This document shows, one piece after another, positions 9,038-17,715 of a stretch of 52,231 bases of DNA. The stretch covers positions 1-52,231 of IMG/VR virus record IMGVR_UViG_3300050505_000036; one strand, written 5' to 3'. This DNA is from a virus (lineage: Duplodnaviria > Caudoviricetes). The position numbers were made by a program, and so were the translations under genes. A model generated the notes under the pieces. The model saw only the letters and a program-made list of their open reading frames with translations. It did no database searches and was not told the origin of the DNA. Each line of letters begins with the position of its first letter. Position 1 is the stretch's first letter.

Positions 9038-9115
9038 AAAAACGCCCTGTCGGAATCTATGATCCGGGCCAGACCTCTTTGCCATGACGACGCCTTAATT
9101 CCGACCGTGCGGGCG
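9038..9115 (-). terminator. Long stem-loop followed by T5 (terminator/attenuator-like)
   Basis: CGCCC..GTCGGAAT pairs with ATTCCGAC.GGGCG, then TTTTT. Confidence 0.45.
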
Positions 9116-9133
9116 CCACCTTCAGGTTTTCGG

Positions 9134-10138
9134 TTAAACCAAGTTCCCTTGTTTCGGCTTGCCAGACTTCGCTATTCGCTCCCTGTGGAACGCGAACCTC
9201 TTTCGGGCTACTTCCTCCTGCCCAGCGTCCAGTTCGCTGTCTGGGCCGAAATAGACGTCATGCCAAGCCTTCAGTTGCTCGGGGTTATTGCAGGCGGCAA
9301 GGTTCTCTTCGAGCTTCAGCATTACGTCTACGTCGGCGGGCTCGTGCTGGACGACTTCGCCAGGGTCCGCCTCGGTGCCGACGTTTGGCTCTTGTTCTGT
9401 CGCCGCTGGAATTTGCCAGTCCGATTCGCGAACCCTAGAAGGCTTCGCCGGGGCATCGTCGGGCCTGTCAAAGACGCCTTCCGGGATCTCGATGCCCTGG
9501 GACCGCAGTTCGTCCTCAACTTCCTCGCGACACTGAAGCCCCTTCAGCACGTCAGCAAAGGCGTCCCGCAATGCCCATGATCTGGCACGCATTTGGAGCA
9601 TGCGCTGCGGGTAGGCCATCCAGGGGCCTTCCTTGCCCCATAGCTTGGAACGCTTGGCATTGGCAACTGTGAACGTGTGAATGTGGGGCGTCTCCTGCCC
9701 CTTGCGTTTCACGATGCACTCGTAGCCGAATCCGTCGTCCTTGCCATCTGGTATTCGATGTTCCTCGATGTCTTCGAGCTGCCCAGATGCCCGGCACAGC
9801 CCCAGCATCATGTCCCCCCAAATCGTCGGCCGTCCGTTGATGACCGCGACGGATTGGATTGCTTGGCTCGCGGACATGCCGACGCTGACCCCATACTCGA
9901 TGGCCACGACCATCTTTTCCAGCGTGTCCATGCCACGGGGGTTCAGCTTCGCGTCCATGTAGAGCTTGGCAATCTGGAACACTTGCTCCAGGTCCGTGGG
10001 CTGGAATCCGTTGGGGCCGAAGCCCATGTTGATTCGCCGCTGGGTCTCGTGAATCACTCCATCCAAGACGCCTTCTCGCGGCTGTGTGTAGGGTCGTTCC
10101 GTGGTGGCGCCGTTGCCGGCGCGTGTTCGTGCGGTCAT
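9134..10138 (-). CDS. RecT-like single-strand annealing protein
   Basis: IAVINGRPTIWGD-like motif, GPWMAYPQRMLQMRARSWALRDAFADVLKGL; next to exonuclease. Confidence 0.8.
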   Translation of the reverse strand: MTARTRAGNGATTERPYTQPREGVLDGVIHETQRRINMGFGPNGFQPTDLEQVFQIAKLYMDAKLNPRGMDTLEKMVVAIEYGVSVGMSASQAIQSVAVINGRPTIWGDMMLGLCRASGQLEDIEEHRIPDGKDDGFGYECIVKRKGQETPHIHTFTVANAKRSKLWGKEGPWMAYPQRMLQMRARSWALRDAFADVLKGLQCREEVEDELRSQGIEIPEGVFDRPDDAPAKPSRVRESDWQIPAATEQEPNVGTEADPGEVVQHEPADVDVMLKLEENLAACNNPEQLKAWHDVYFGPDSELDAGQEEVARKRFAFHRERIAKSGKPKQGNLV

Positions 10139-10989
10139 TCGTATTCTCCATCGGATGTATAGGCCCACCGCGGGAGGCTCAATTGATTCATGCGGTTTTC
10201 GTAAGGCGCGGTCCATTCGCCTGTTTTAAGACACTCGGCCAACTGCCGTTTAATCAGGTTGTTTTGCGCATCGCCAAGATTAATTGCCTCATCGTCCAAT
10301 TCGTAAGTTGCCACCTCGTGCGGTGGCTCGGTGCAGACAGCGATAAACACGAATCTTGGGATCTCTCCGCTGTGCAGATGCGTTCCCTCGATGTAGAGGG
10401 CCGCCTGTCTCGCATAGCCAAACGTCACGCACGCCTTGGCAAACGCCTCAGGATTCGCCGCCTTGCACGATTTAACGTCCACCACGACGAACGGATCGAG
10501 AACGGTTAAGTCCCGCCGGCACTTGAGCGGCAAGCCGGTCTGCTCGCACGTCCAGCGAATCGAGGTCTCCCGCTCGCCTTCCAGTTCCAAGAGGCTCTTG
10601 GCTATGGGATGCTTCAGCACTTCGGCTTGCATCGCCCGCAGCTTGTCGAGGTCCGCCAGGTCGGCGGTGATCTTGCCGTTGCTTTCCGCGACGAACGCCG
10701 CCCAATCGGCTTTGCCTTGCTTGTATCGCTTGTCGATTTTCGGCGCCACGATGACTTCCGATTCGAAGCGTGCCGGCTCCAACAGTGCCATGTGCAAGAG
10801 GATGCCGAATTGCATCGCCTCGGTGGGCTCGCGGCGAAGGTCGTTCAGGATGTACTCGTGCAGGAAACGCTTGCGGCTGGATCGGAAACAGTCCAAGCCG
10901 GTATGGGACCAAGCGGATCGGTCGGAATGATAATCTTCCGCTGAGACGTTCCAGATCTCGGCGCGGGCAACTTCGATGTTCGTACTCAC
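10135..10989 (-). CDS. RecE/exonuclease VIII-like PD-(D/E)XK nuclease (DUF3799-like)
   Basis: EDYH, FGILLHMALLEP, KCRRDL, VDVKS, YARQAALY. Confidence 0.85.
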   Translation of the reverse strand: MSTNIEVARAEIWNVSAEDYHSDRSAWSHTGLDCFRSSRKRFLHEYILNDLRREPTEAMQFGILLHMALLEPARFESEVIVAPKIDKRYKQGKADWAAFVAESNGKITADLADLDKLRAMQAEVLKHPIAKSLLELEGERETSIRWTCEQTGLPLKCRRDLTVLDPFVVVDVKSCKAANPEAFAKACVTFGYARQAALYIEGTHLHSGEIPRFVFIAVCTEPPHEVATYELDDEAINLGDAQNNLIKRQLAECLKTGEWTAPYENRMNQLSLPRWAYTSDGEYE

Positions 10990-11189
10990 GACACTTCCTC
11001 CCTACAGCACGGACACAAATCAACCGCTTCCGCCTCCCCCTGTTGATCCCCTCGGTACTCATGCACCGCCTTGCATAACGGACCTGTCCAGCCGCACTCG
11101 CACTCGACAACGCGCAGGGAGTTTCTGCGATTGTTGGAAAATGGGACATAGTTCGTGGCGTATCCGGCGTCTATGCGTTGCTGGCTCAC
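10986..11189 (-). CDS. Small Zn-finger hypothetical protein
   Basis: CECGWTG...CPCC; GTGA coupling. Confidence 0.55.
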   Translation of the reverse strand: MSQQRIDAGYATNYVPFSNNRRNSLRVVECECGWTGPLCKAVHEYRGDQQGEAEAVDLCPCCREEVS

Positions 11190-11545
11190 GGTTTGATCTT
11201 CCCTTCCGCGATCTTCCAGGCTCGCTCTTTGATGTAGTTCAAGCCGCTCTTTGACCACCGCTGAATGATGGCCTCGTTGACGGCCTTCCAGTCGGTTTGG
11301 TCGGATGATCGCAGCTGTTGCTCGCTCAGCCCCGTAGCCTGCATCCACCTTGTTATGCTGGTCTGCCTCCGCTCGACTCGATAGGGACATAGCGAGAGGT
11401 CCGAACGTCTCACGTACCGCGGCACCTTTGAGCCTGGATAGCGGACCCTGGCTCGCTCGCCGTTGATGGTCTCGCAGTAGCCGTTAAAGGTTCCGACTCC
11501 ACGGTGAAGGTTGCGCAGGTCGTAAACTGCTTGGCCGATCTTCAT
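11186..11545 (-). CDS. Hypothetical protein
   Basis: ATGA coupling at 11542-11545. Confidence 0.55.
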   Translation of the reverse strand: MKIGQAVYDLRNLHRGVGTFNGYCETINGERARVRYPGSKVPRYVRRSDLSLCPYRVERRQTSITRWMQATGLSEQQLRSSDQTDWKAVNEAIIQRWSKSGLNYIKERAWKIAEGKIKP

Positions 11546-11772
11546 GCGTTTTGCATCCTCAATAAGACCGCCCTCGCATTCATAAATATCGGCTCGATCT
11601 GCGGTAGTGGCTGTTCCATGACGACCATCATGGCTATGGAAAAATCCCGATCTAATTCGGCATGTGCCTTTATTACCGGGTTGCACGGCCCGTAATTCAG
11701 AACGGGTATCGGTGGTCTGGCAATGTGAAATCCCAAGGCGTAGGCGATTCGGTTGGCGGGTGTGAAACTCAT
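11542..11772 (-). CDS. Hypothetical protein
   Basis: ATGA coupling. Confidence 0.5.
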   Translation of the reverse strand: MSFTPANRIAYALGFHIARPPIPVLNYGPCNPVIKAHAELDRDFSIAMMVVMEQPLPQIEPIFMNARAVLLRMQNA

Positions 11773-12029
11773 CTCTTCCAGCCCTCCAAGACTTCCGCCT
11801 CGCTCATTCCGTCCGTGCGCTCGACCAACACCGCCCAATCATTCGTATCGTAGTTGCCGTTGCTGTCACGCTGGCGATATGCCCCGTAGCCGTACTCCCG
11901 TCGAAGCTCTCGAATCACTTGCCGCATGATCGGGAGCGGCACGTTGACGCAAGGCACCGACAAGCCTTCTTGCGGCGTGTAGGCTTGTGCGTGCGTGTCC
12001 CAAGTGCCAATCGAATAGAGGTTGGTCAT
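11769..12029 (-). CDS. Hypothetical protein
   Basis: ATGA coupling. Confidence 0.6.
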   Translation of the reverse strand: MTNLYSIGTWDTHAQAYTPQEGLSVPCVNVPLPIMRQVIRELRREYGYGAYRQRDSNGNYDTNDWAVLVERTDGMSEAEVLEGWKR

Positions 12030-12286
12030 GCGAGCCCTCCTCGGCAGTGTCGGCAATTGTTACCGCCACACCAGCGGCATGTCGGTTTCGGCACTGGATG
12101 CAATCGCTCAAACTCCGCTTTCCTGGCCAGCAGTCCCGCCCCGCCGTCGCTCATTTCCGCCAGTTCTTCGTCGCTCCATTCCGAGAGTAGTTCCCAGTCG
12201 TCGGCGGTGTAGGTGTCGTCATCCTCCAAAGCCCAAGCGTTGTCGATGACTTCGGGTTCGGTGTCGAAGAGGGTACGCTGGGTCAT
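12026..12286 (-). CDS. Acidic hypothetical protein with C-terminal CxxC pair
   Basis: CRWCGGNNCRHCRG; ATGA coupling. Confidence 0.55.
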   Translation of the reverse strand: MTQRTLFDTEPEVIDNAWALEDDDTYTADDWELLSEWSDEELAEMSDGGAGLLARKAEFERLHPVPKPTCRWCGGNNCRHCRGGLA

Positions 12287-12564
12287 GCTGGCTCCCCGTT
12301 CAGCAGCTTCACGGCTGCCTCGGCTTCGGCTTGGGTCAACTCTCGATCCGCGTCCAGCCATCGGCCACTTATGGAAGTACGGATGCTCCACTTGAGCGGT
12401 GGGCGGTTCAATTCGTCGGCGCGTAGATTTGCCTCTGCCGCCGTTGAATACGTGCCGCGTTTCTCGATGCCCTCGATTTCAGCGCTGCCGCCAAGCCGAT
12501 AGACAGAGAATCCACGCGGCCTCTCAGCAACGAACCATTCGCCAAGTTTCAGGACCATGCTCAT
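12283..12564 (-). CDS. Hypothetical protein with internal duplication
   Basis: STAAEANLRADELN / TQAEAEAAVKLLN. Confidence 0.6.
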   Translation of the reverse strand: MSMVLKLGEWFVAERPRGFSVYRLGGSAEIEGIEKRGTYSTAAEANLRADELNRPPLKWSIRTSISGRWLDADRELTQAEAEAAVKLLNGEPA

Positions 12565-12764
12565 GCTGCACCCCGCTCTCGTTTCTCAAAGATTTCCTTG
12601 CGATCAACGCTAAGCCGTTCATCCGCTTCGATTGCAATCTTGGCGCGGGCTCTTTCCTTGGGCGGATAGCGGATGTCGCTCACCATGATCGTGAGTAATC
12701 CAAGACCGTGTGGCCTTAAGTCGACCACGATCTCTTCCCCAACAAATCTGCTTAGGACCAACAT
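12561..12764 (-). CDS. csrA: Carbon storage regulator CsrA-family RNA-binding protein
   Basis: MLVLSR..GEEIVV...KIAIEA...VDRKEI; AGGAG RBS. Confidence 0.85.
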   Translation of the reverse strand: MLVLSRFVGEEIVVDLRPHGLGLLTIMVSDIRYPPKERARAKIAIEADERLSVDRKEIFEKRERGAA

Positions 12765-12840
12765 CAAAACTCCTTTCTGGCGAAGCCGCTCCCAGCCTTC
12801 GTAGCGGGAGTGTTGGCGGCTCCGCCCCTACGTCCGTGAA

Positions 12841-13161
12841 TCAATCCCCGTACATCTCATTCAAATCGTCGACGCCGATTCTCACGCCCTCGGGTAGCAG
12901 CGATTGCCACTCCCTCTCCAACTGTGATAAATCCCCCGGCGGCGGCGACAGGTCTGCCGCGATCGTCGGCCTCTCTTCGTCGTGGCCGGGGGCGTTTCGT
13001 AGCATGGCTCTCAGTTCGCGTGCAGACTGTTCCAACTTGCAGGCCATCTCCGTAAGCTCGGAATACATATCCAGCGTCTTCGTCGTGAGTGCGTCGATTC
13101 GGCCAGCCACTTCTTCGATGTCGACGATTGCCGAGTCGAGGTCGTCGCGTATTTGGTTCAT
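12841..13161 (-). CDS. Hypothetical coiled-coil protein
   Basis: ATGA coupling. Confidence 0.55.
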   Translation of the reverse strand: MNQIRDDLDSAIVDIEEVAGRIDALTTKTLDMYSELTEMACKLEQSARELRAMLRNAPGHDEERPTIAADLSPPPGDLSQLEREWQSLLPEGVRIGVDDLNEMYGD

Positions 13162-13616
13162 AGCTCGGCGTCCTTGAGCACCTTGAGAATCCCATTCATC
13201 GCCTTCCACCAGCCCGGCTGGCCATAGAGTGGAACTTTTATGTAGCTATTTACAATCCATGGAGATGGTTCCTCGCTGTAGAAGTAGCTGAGCGCATCGT
13301 TGACGTATCCTTTGCGAAGGCTGTTGAGCGCTCGGAGTTTATTGGCGAAGCCTGGGAAGCATTCCGGGTTGGCATCCTCTTTACGATCAAGTTGAAACTC
13401 GCAGGCCATTGTTGCGCCAGCCAAGCAGACCTTGCATTTTCCGTTCGGTTGGTGCCAGTAACCCATGTAGATTTCGTAGCCCCGCTTGTCTCTCAGCAGC
13501 CGCACGTCTTCCAGTGCGATCTTGAGCCACTGCCATAGCTTCGTAGCTGTGAGCAGCCGGTTGACGTGCTTCTTGCGTGGTTTCTTTGCGGTGGTTTTCA
13601 CGTAGGGTTCCTCCAC
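13158..13616 (-). CDS. Hypothetical protein
   Basis: ORF track; WHQP..CKVCLAG. Confidence 0.65.
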   Translation of the reverse strand: MEEPYVKTTAKKPRKKHVNRLLTATKLWQWLKIALEDVRLLRDKRGYEIYMGYWHQPNGKCKVCLAGATMACEFQLDRKEDANPECFPGFANKLRALNSLRKGYVNDALSYFYSEEPSPWIVNSYIKVPLYGQPGWWKAMNGILKVLKDAEL

Positions 13617-13825
13617 AAACTCATGGTCCCGCAGTACAGCAGCTTGTGGCCGTCGAATCGGTACATCGCGGTCCCGTACTGCGATGGCACGGGCCAGGCT
13701 TGGTTGATCTTCAGTGGGTTGACCGGGAGCACGGTTGCGCCGTCCCTGGGTCCGCCGACCATTTCGACTTGAGGCGGGCCGATGAAGATGGTTAGCAGCC
13801 GGGCTATGAAGGTGGGGAAGGTCAC
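13598..13825 (-). CDS. Hypothetical protein (GGPxDG motif)
   Basis: VGGPRDG; GGAGG RBS. Confidence 0.6.
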   Translation of the reverse strand: MTFPTFIARLLTIFIGPPQVEMVGGPRDGATVLPVNPLKINQAWPVPSQYGTAMYRFDGHKLLYCGTMSLWRNPT

Positions 13826-13925
13826 TTGCGGCCTCCGGTCTGCTTAGGTGGCGGTGGCCTCGATGGCGACTTTACGAAAATCAGGTAGCCTCGATTACCA
13901 AGCCACCGTCGACGAAAACTGCTGC

Positions 13926-14216
13926 TCATTCCGTGTTCCCCTCTGCTAGCGAGATAGCCTCTCGAAGCTGCCGCACGACTTTGCAGGCATTGTCGTAAAG
14001 TGGTCCGCTATCGGGGTCGATGAATCGCTCCGCGGCGGCACATGCGGCTAGCAGTTGTTCGACGATTTTTCTGTCCCGCTCGATGCGAGTAATCAGGCTC
14101 GCCACGACGTTGGGCGTTGCGTTCTTCATCACGCCTTTCCAAATGCCTTCGCGGTAGTCGGCAATCTCTTCGTCGGTCGCTGGATCGTGCTCAAGGAAAT
14201 GATTTGGTGCAGGCAT
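13926..14216 (-). CDS. Hypothetical protein, first gene of early operon
   Basis: AAGGA RBS; LLAAC...REAISLAEG phage-type tail. Confidence 0.6.
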   Translation of the reverse strand: MPAPNHFLEHDPATDEEIADYREGIWKGVMKNATPNVVASLITRIERDRKIVEQLLAACAAAERFIDPDSGPLYDNACKVVRQLREAISLAEGNTE

Positions 14217-14384
14217 GGCGGTCCTTTCACTTGCTGCGTGTGCGCAGCCACAAACGCCCGGCGAACCGGACACGGTGGGACTGCGGGTTTGTCGGTTTGC
14301 ACCGCGCGGCCGAGAAGGGCCGAGAAGTGCCAGTCAGGTAGCTCCAATCGAATCGGTTTCTAGGCCAATCCGATCAGCACAGGC

Positions 14385-14413
14385 ATTATTAACGCTAGGA
14401 ATAGATATGTCAA
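14385..14413 (-). promoter_or_regulatory. Strong sigma70-like early promoter
   Basis: TTGACA-17-AATAAT; TTAACGCT box also present (opposite orientation) in the promoter at 15019-15046. Confidence 0.65.
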
Positions 14414-14432
14414 GTCGGCCTGAAAAGAATTT

Positions 14433-14771
14433 TCAGCGGCTTGAATTCTGGCGGATTTGCCGCAGATTGCGTGCAGCATCGACGACCAGCAAAACGAAAG
14501 CGGCCTGCATGCACGCGGCTCCAATAGCCAGAACGGCCGATGCAATGGCCGTAGTGAATGTCATTCGCGAAAGGAAAACGAGAAGTAGAGCACCTACGCA
14601 TCCAGCAACAAGACCGAAAGTTGCCCCGTATTCCAGGAACCGGTAGAACCACGGTTCATCTTGGATTTCTATTGCTGGCAGAGGCTTCCGCGATTCTGCG
14701 GATGGTTGACTGGCAACGGGTTTTTTCGCCAAGTCAGTTAGTGCGCAATCGAGTAGGTCAACTTTGTCCAT
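14433..14771 (-). CDS. Two-TM membrane protein
   Basis: Two hydrophobic segments. Confidence 0.6.
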   Translation of the reverse strand: MDKVDLLDCALTDLAKKPVASQPSAESRKPLPAIEIQDEPWFYRFLEYGATFGLVAGCVGALLLVFLSRMTFTTAIASAVLAIGAACMQAAFVLLVVDAARNLRQIRQNSSR

Positions 14772-14799
14772 TGTGGAGCCTCACGAAATAAGGAAACAG

Positions 14800-15012
14800 T
14801 TACCGCTTCCCGCCTCGTGGGCGTCCTCGCTTGTGCTCGACTTCGCGGAGCCGTTCGGCCTCCGTCTCAGGGATCAGAATCGTCCGCTTGTCTGGGCGTT
14901 CAACGCCCTTGATTTGCTGATCGATAACCAACTGGCGGACACGTCCGGCCGTGACGCCGATAATTTCGGCGGCCTGAATTGTGGTCAAAAACCCTTGCAA
15001 TGCCATAGCCAT
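14800..15012 (-). CDS. Excisionase-like HTH (HTH_17 type), leaderless
   Basis: LTTIQAAEIIGVTAGRVRQL; next to attP; TTGCTT-16-TATTAT ends 6 nt before ATG. Confidence 0.75.
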   Translation of the reverse strand: MAMALQGFLTTIQAAEIIGVTAGRVRQLVIDQQIKGVERPDKRTILIPETEAERLREVEHKRGRPRGGKR

Positions 15013-15143
15013 GCCTCAATAATACCCCAGCGTTAAAATAAAGCAATGCGTCGGCAGAGGCTAGAAAACCCGCGACTAGCTAAGCAGGCCGCCAATCCTT
15101 CGCAGGAAAGGCACTCTGCCGAACGCACTGATTACTCCGAAAG

Positions 15144-15192
<49 letters not shown>

Positions 15193-15338
15193 GATTGACC
15201 GCCGAAATCCGGTACTTTCTTGGAAAATTTATCGGATGGCGGGCCGATTGAAGGTCGTTTTTTCGATCTTATAAGTAGGGAGTAAGGACCGCGGATTGCG
15301 GGGTTCAAGGATGCTCGATTCTTTTTCTCCTTGTCGCC

Positions 15339-16283
15339 GTGATTGCGATCCCGGAAGAATCCCTTTCCGCGTTCGTCGCTTCGACCTATGCGCCGCTAAA
15401 GCAATTGGCGGCCACAAGTCGACAGGACTACGGGGAGATCGTCGGCAAGTTTGACCGCTGGCGGGTTGCCGAAAAGCTGACGGTCGGAATTTCCGCCATC
15501 GCTGCCGAAGAGGTCGGACAGTATCTCACATGGCTCGTTGAGGTCGATGGGCAGCAGGCGTCGACGGCGGCTAAGCATGCCAGGACGATTCGCTGCGTTA
15601 TGCGGGAGGCAAAGCGGAAGGGCCGTACGACAATTGACCCGGGCGAATTACCACGCCCCCGGGCCGTAAAACGGGCTCCCCGGGCCTGGACGTACGACGA
15701 ATGGTGGAAGTTGCTGGAAGTCGCCCGGGCGGTCCCGGGACTCATTGGCGCCCATCGTGCGGCCGACTGGTGGGAAGCCCTGTTGATGGTCTGCCTCTCG
15801 ACCGGCTGGCGAATCGGGGCCGTCATGCGGCTGCGGTGGGTCGACGTCACATGGGCCACAAGGAAAGCCGTCAGCACCGAGACGAAGAACCGGGCTGAGA
15901 AAGTTGCCACGTTGCGAGACGATGCAGTTGGGGCCTTGATGCGAATCTACGTTCCCCGGGCTGAATTCGTTTTCGGGGATTGGCCGTACGATCGGCATTG
16001 CCGCCAGTGGCAAGCCCTCCAACGGCATCTCGGTTGGATGATCGACCGGGCCGGCATTCGTCCGCTCGGCAAATTTCACATAATACGAAAATGTGGGTCG
16101 ACGTGGATCAGGAACGCGGCCGGGCTGACTGCCGCCGCCGAGTTTGCTGGCCACGCAGACCAACGTACGACAGATGCCCATTACGTCGACCGGACGCAGG
16201 ATACCGGGCTAAAGCCGATTGACGGGCTTCCGTGTGCACCGTGCCGCCAGTTATTCGAGGTCGACGCGCTCGATTGGCTGTAA
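15339..16283 (+). CDS. int: Tyrosine integrase
   Basis: TGWR, K, HIIR, AGH..TT..HY catalytic set. Confidence 0.9.
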   Translation: MIAIPEESLSAFVASTYAPLKQLAATSRQDYGEIVGKFDRWRVAEKLTVGISAIAAEEVGQYLTWLVEVDGQQASTAAKHARTIRCVMREAKRKGRTTIDPGELPRPRAVKRAPRAWTYDEWWKLLEVARAVPGLIGAHRAADWWEALLMVCLSTGWRIGAVMRLRWVDVTWATRKAVSTETKNRAEKVATLRDDAVGALMRIYVPRAEFVFGDWPYDRHCRQWQALQRHLGWMIDRAGIRPLGKFHIIRKCGSTWIRNAAGLTAAAEFAGHADQRTTDAHYVDRTQDTGLKPIDGLPCAPCRQLFEVDALDWL

Positions 16284-16342
16284 CCACCGTCCATCATGCT
16301 GGCAAGAGAAATTCCGGCAAGAATTTCAGGGGCCATGGCGGA

Positions 16343-16370
16343 TTGACTGGATTAGCCGATTGACTACAAT
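16343..16370 (+). promoter_or_regulatory. Promoter with operator, leaderless
   Basis: TTGACT-16-TACAAT; TAGCCGATTGACTA imperfect palindrome; ATG 6 nt downstream. Confidence 0.6.
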
Positions 16371-16376
16371 CGAAAC

Positions 16377-16598
16377 ATGAGCACAAAAACTGCTACTCGC
16401 AAAAATACGTCGACCATTTCTGACACGCTCAAGGCCGCCATTGCTGCGGACCCTCGCAAAATCTCCCACATTGCCGCTGCGGCTGGCATCGCGCCGATTC
16501 AGGTGGGACGATTCGTCAGCGGAGAGCGAGACCTACGGCTGGCAAGTGCTGATCGGCTGGCCGAAGCTCTCGGATTGACGCTGGTAAAGGCCGGCTAA
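16377..16598 (+). CDS. XRE-family HTH regulator
   Basis: ISHIAAAAGIAPIQVGRFVSGERDLRLASADRLAEALG. Confidence 0.85.
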   Translation: MSTKTATRKNTSTISDTLKAAIAADPRKISHIAAAAGIAPIQVGRFVSGERDLRLASADRLAEALGLTLVKAG

Positions 16599-16620
16599 AA
16601 TTATTTTCTGAATTCTCGAT

Positions 16621-16656
16621 TTAGCCAGTTGACTACGTTAGCCGATTGACTATAAT
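16621..16656 (+). promoter_or_regulatory. Promoter with tandem operators
   Basis: TTAGCCAGTTGACTA and TTAGCCGATTGACTA 17 bp apart; TTGACT-16-TATAAT. Confidence 0.65.
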
Positions 16657-16702
16657 CAGGGAGTCGAGAGGAAAGAAACAAAGCAACCGACCGGAGAGAA
16701 CC

Positions 16703-16921
16703 ATGACCGCGACCACCACTCAGACCTACCGCGTCGTCTGGCAGACCGCTGGCGGACGCAACCTGATCGACGGAATCTGGACGACCGAAACCAAGACGGA
16801 AAAGACCGTCGCAACCGGCCTGAGTCTCGCAGATGCAGAGACTATGGTCCGCGAGAGTCGCAAGACCCACAACATGCGAGCCGGTCTCCCCGGCTATTGG
16901 ATGGCCGTCGAAGCTGAGTAA
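16703..16921 (+). CDS. Hypothetical protein
   Basis: GGAG RBS then ATG. Confidence 0.65.
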   Translation: MTATTTQTYRVVWQTAGGRNLIDGIWTTETKTEKTVATGLSLADAETMVRESRKTHNMRAGLPGYWMAVEAE

Positions 16922-16966
16922 CGCGACCGGCGAACGGCCGCATAACCCCACAATAGGACCGCACCC

Positions 16967-17194
16967 ATGACCACCTCTCAAGCCAAGCTGATTTCGATGA
17001 TTCGCAGCGCCGGCGGCGAGATCGAGGCATGGCAGATACCGACGTTTCGCTATCGCTCCGTCGAACCGCTCATCCGCGCCGGCTTTCTACGTCGCGTCAA
17101 CTGCGGGGAGTGCTTGGGGTGCCAGTTCGGGAAAGAGCACCACGAAGATTGGCATTGCGAAAAGACTCGAATCAAAGTTGTAGCCCCACAATAG
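16967..17194 (+). CDS. Hypothetical protein with Cys/His cluster
   Basis: AGGA RBS. Confidence 0.6.
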   Translation: MTTSQAKLISMIRSAGGEIEAWQIPTFRYRSVEPLIRAGFLRRVNCGECLGCQFGKEHHEDWHCEKTRIKVVAPQ

Positions 17195-17208
17195 GAGATC
17201 ACCCCCAG

Positions 17209-17493
17209 ATGAACACGACCGCAAAGCCAGCCAAATACGCAGACCTTAAAAAGCTGGCGAGAAAAATGGGGGCCAGCATCGAGCGGTACGACTACCGCGA
17301 AATCACCTGCAACATCGATGCGCCCGTTGGCAAAGTCTGGGCCTGCGAACATCTTCATACGCTCGTCTGCTACTGGAACAAGCATGAGGAAGGTTACGAG
17401 CACGAAGCCATCACGGACGCGATGGAACGAATGTCGGCAGGACTCGCGGATTGCACCGATCCAGAATGCGAGCACTGCCATGACGAGTGTTGA
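17209..17493 (+). CDS. Hypothetical protein
   Basis: AGGAG RBS; C-terminal CTDPECEHC. Confidence 0.65.
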   Translation: MNTTAKPAKYADLKKLARKMGASIERYDYREITCNIDAPVGKVWACEHLHTLVCYWNKHEEGYEHEAITDAMERMSAGLADCTDPECEHCHDEC

Positions 17494-17701
17494 GCGACTA
17501 GTGCAAAGACTTCGACACGCCGGATATGAAATCCCAGAGCGCTACACGTTTCGGAGTCACCGCCCAGGCCATTGGCAGCGATCGGCCGGCGCGTGGTCAT
17601 GGTCTATTACTTACGGTCATCGCGAGATTGGGAGCCAATTAACGGTTCGCTCGATACTCCAGTCTTTCGATGAACTTGGTTCACTCATAGACGCCGCGTG
17701 A
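17480..17701 (+). CDS. Hypothetical protein
   Basis: GHWQRSAGAWSW motif; overlaps previous gene. Confidence 0.6.
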   Translation: MTSVERLVQRLRHAGYEIPERYTFRSHRPGHWQRSAGAWSWSITYGHREIGSQLTVRSILQSFDELGSLIDAA

Positions 17702-17715
17702 AACGTCTGCTCAGC

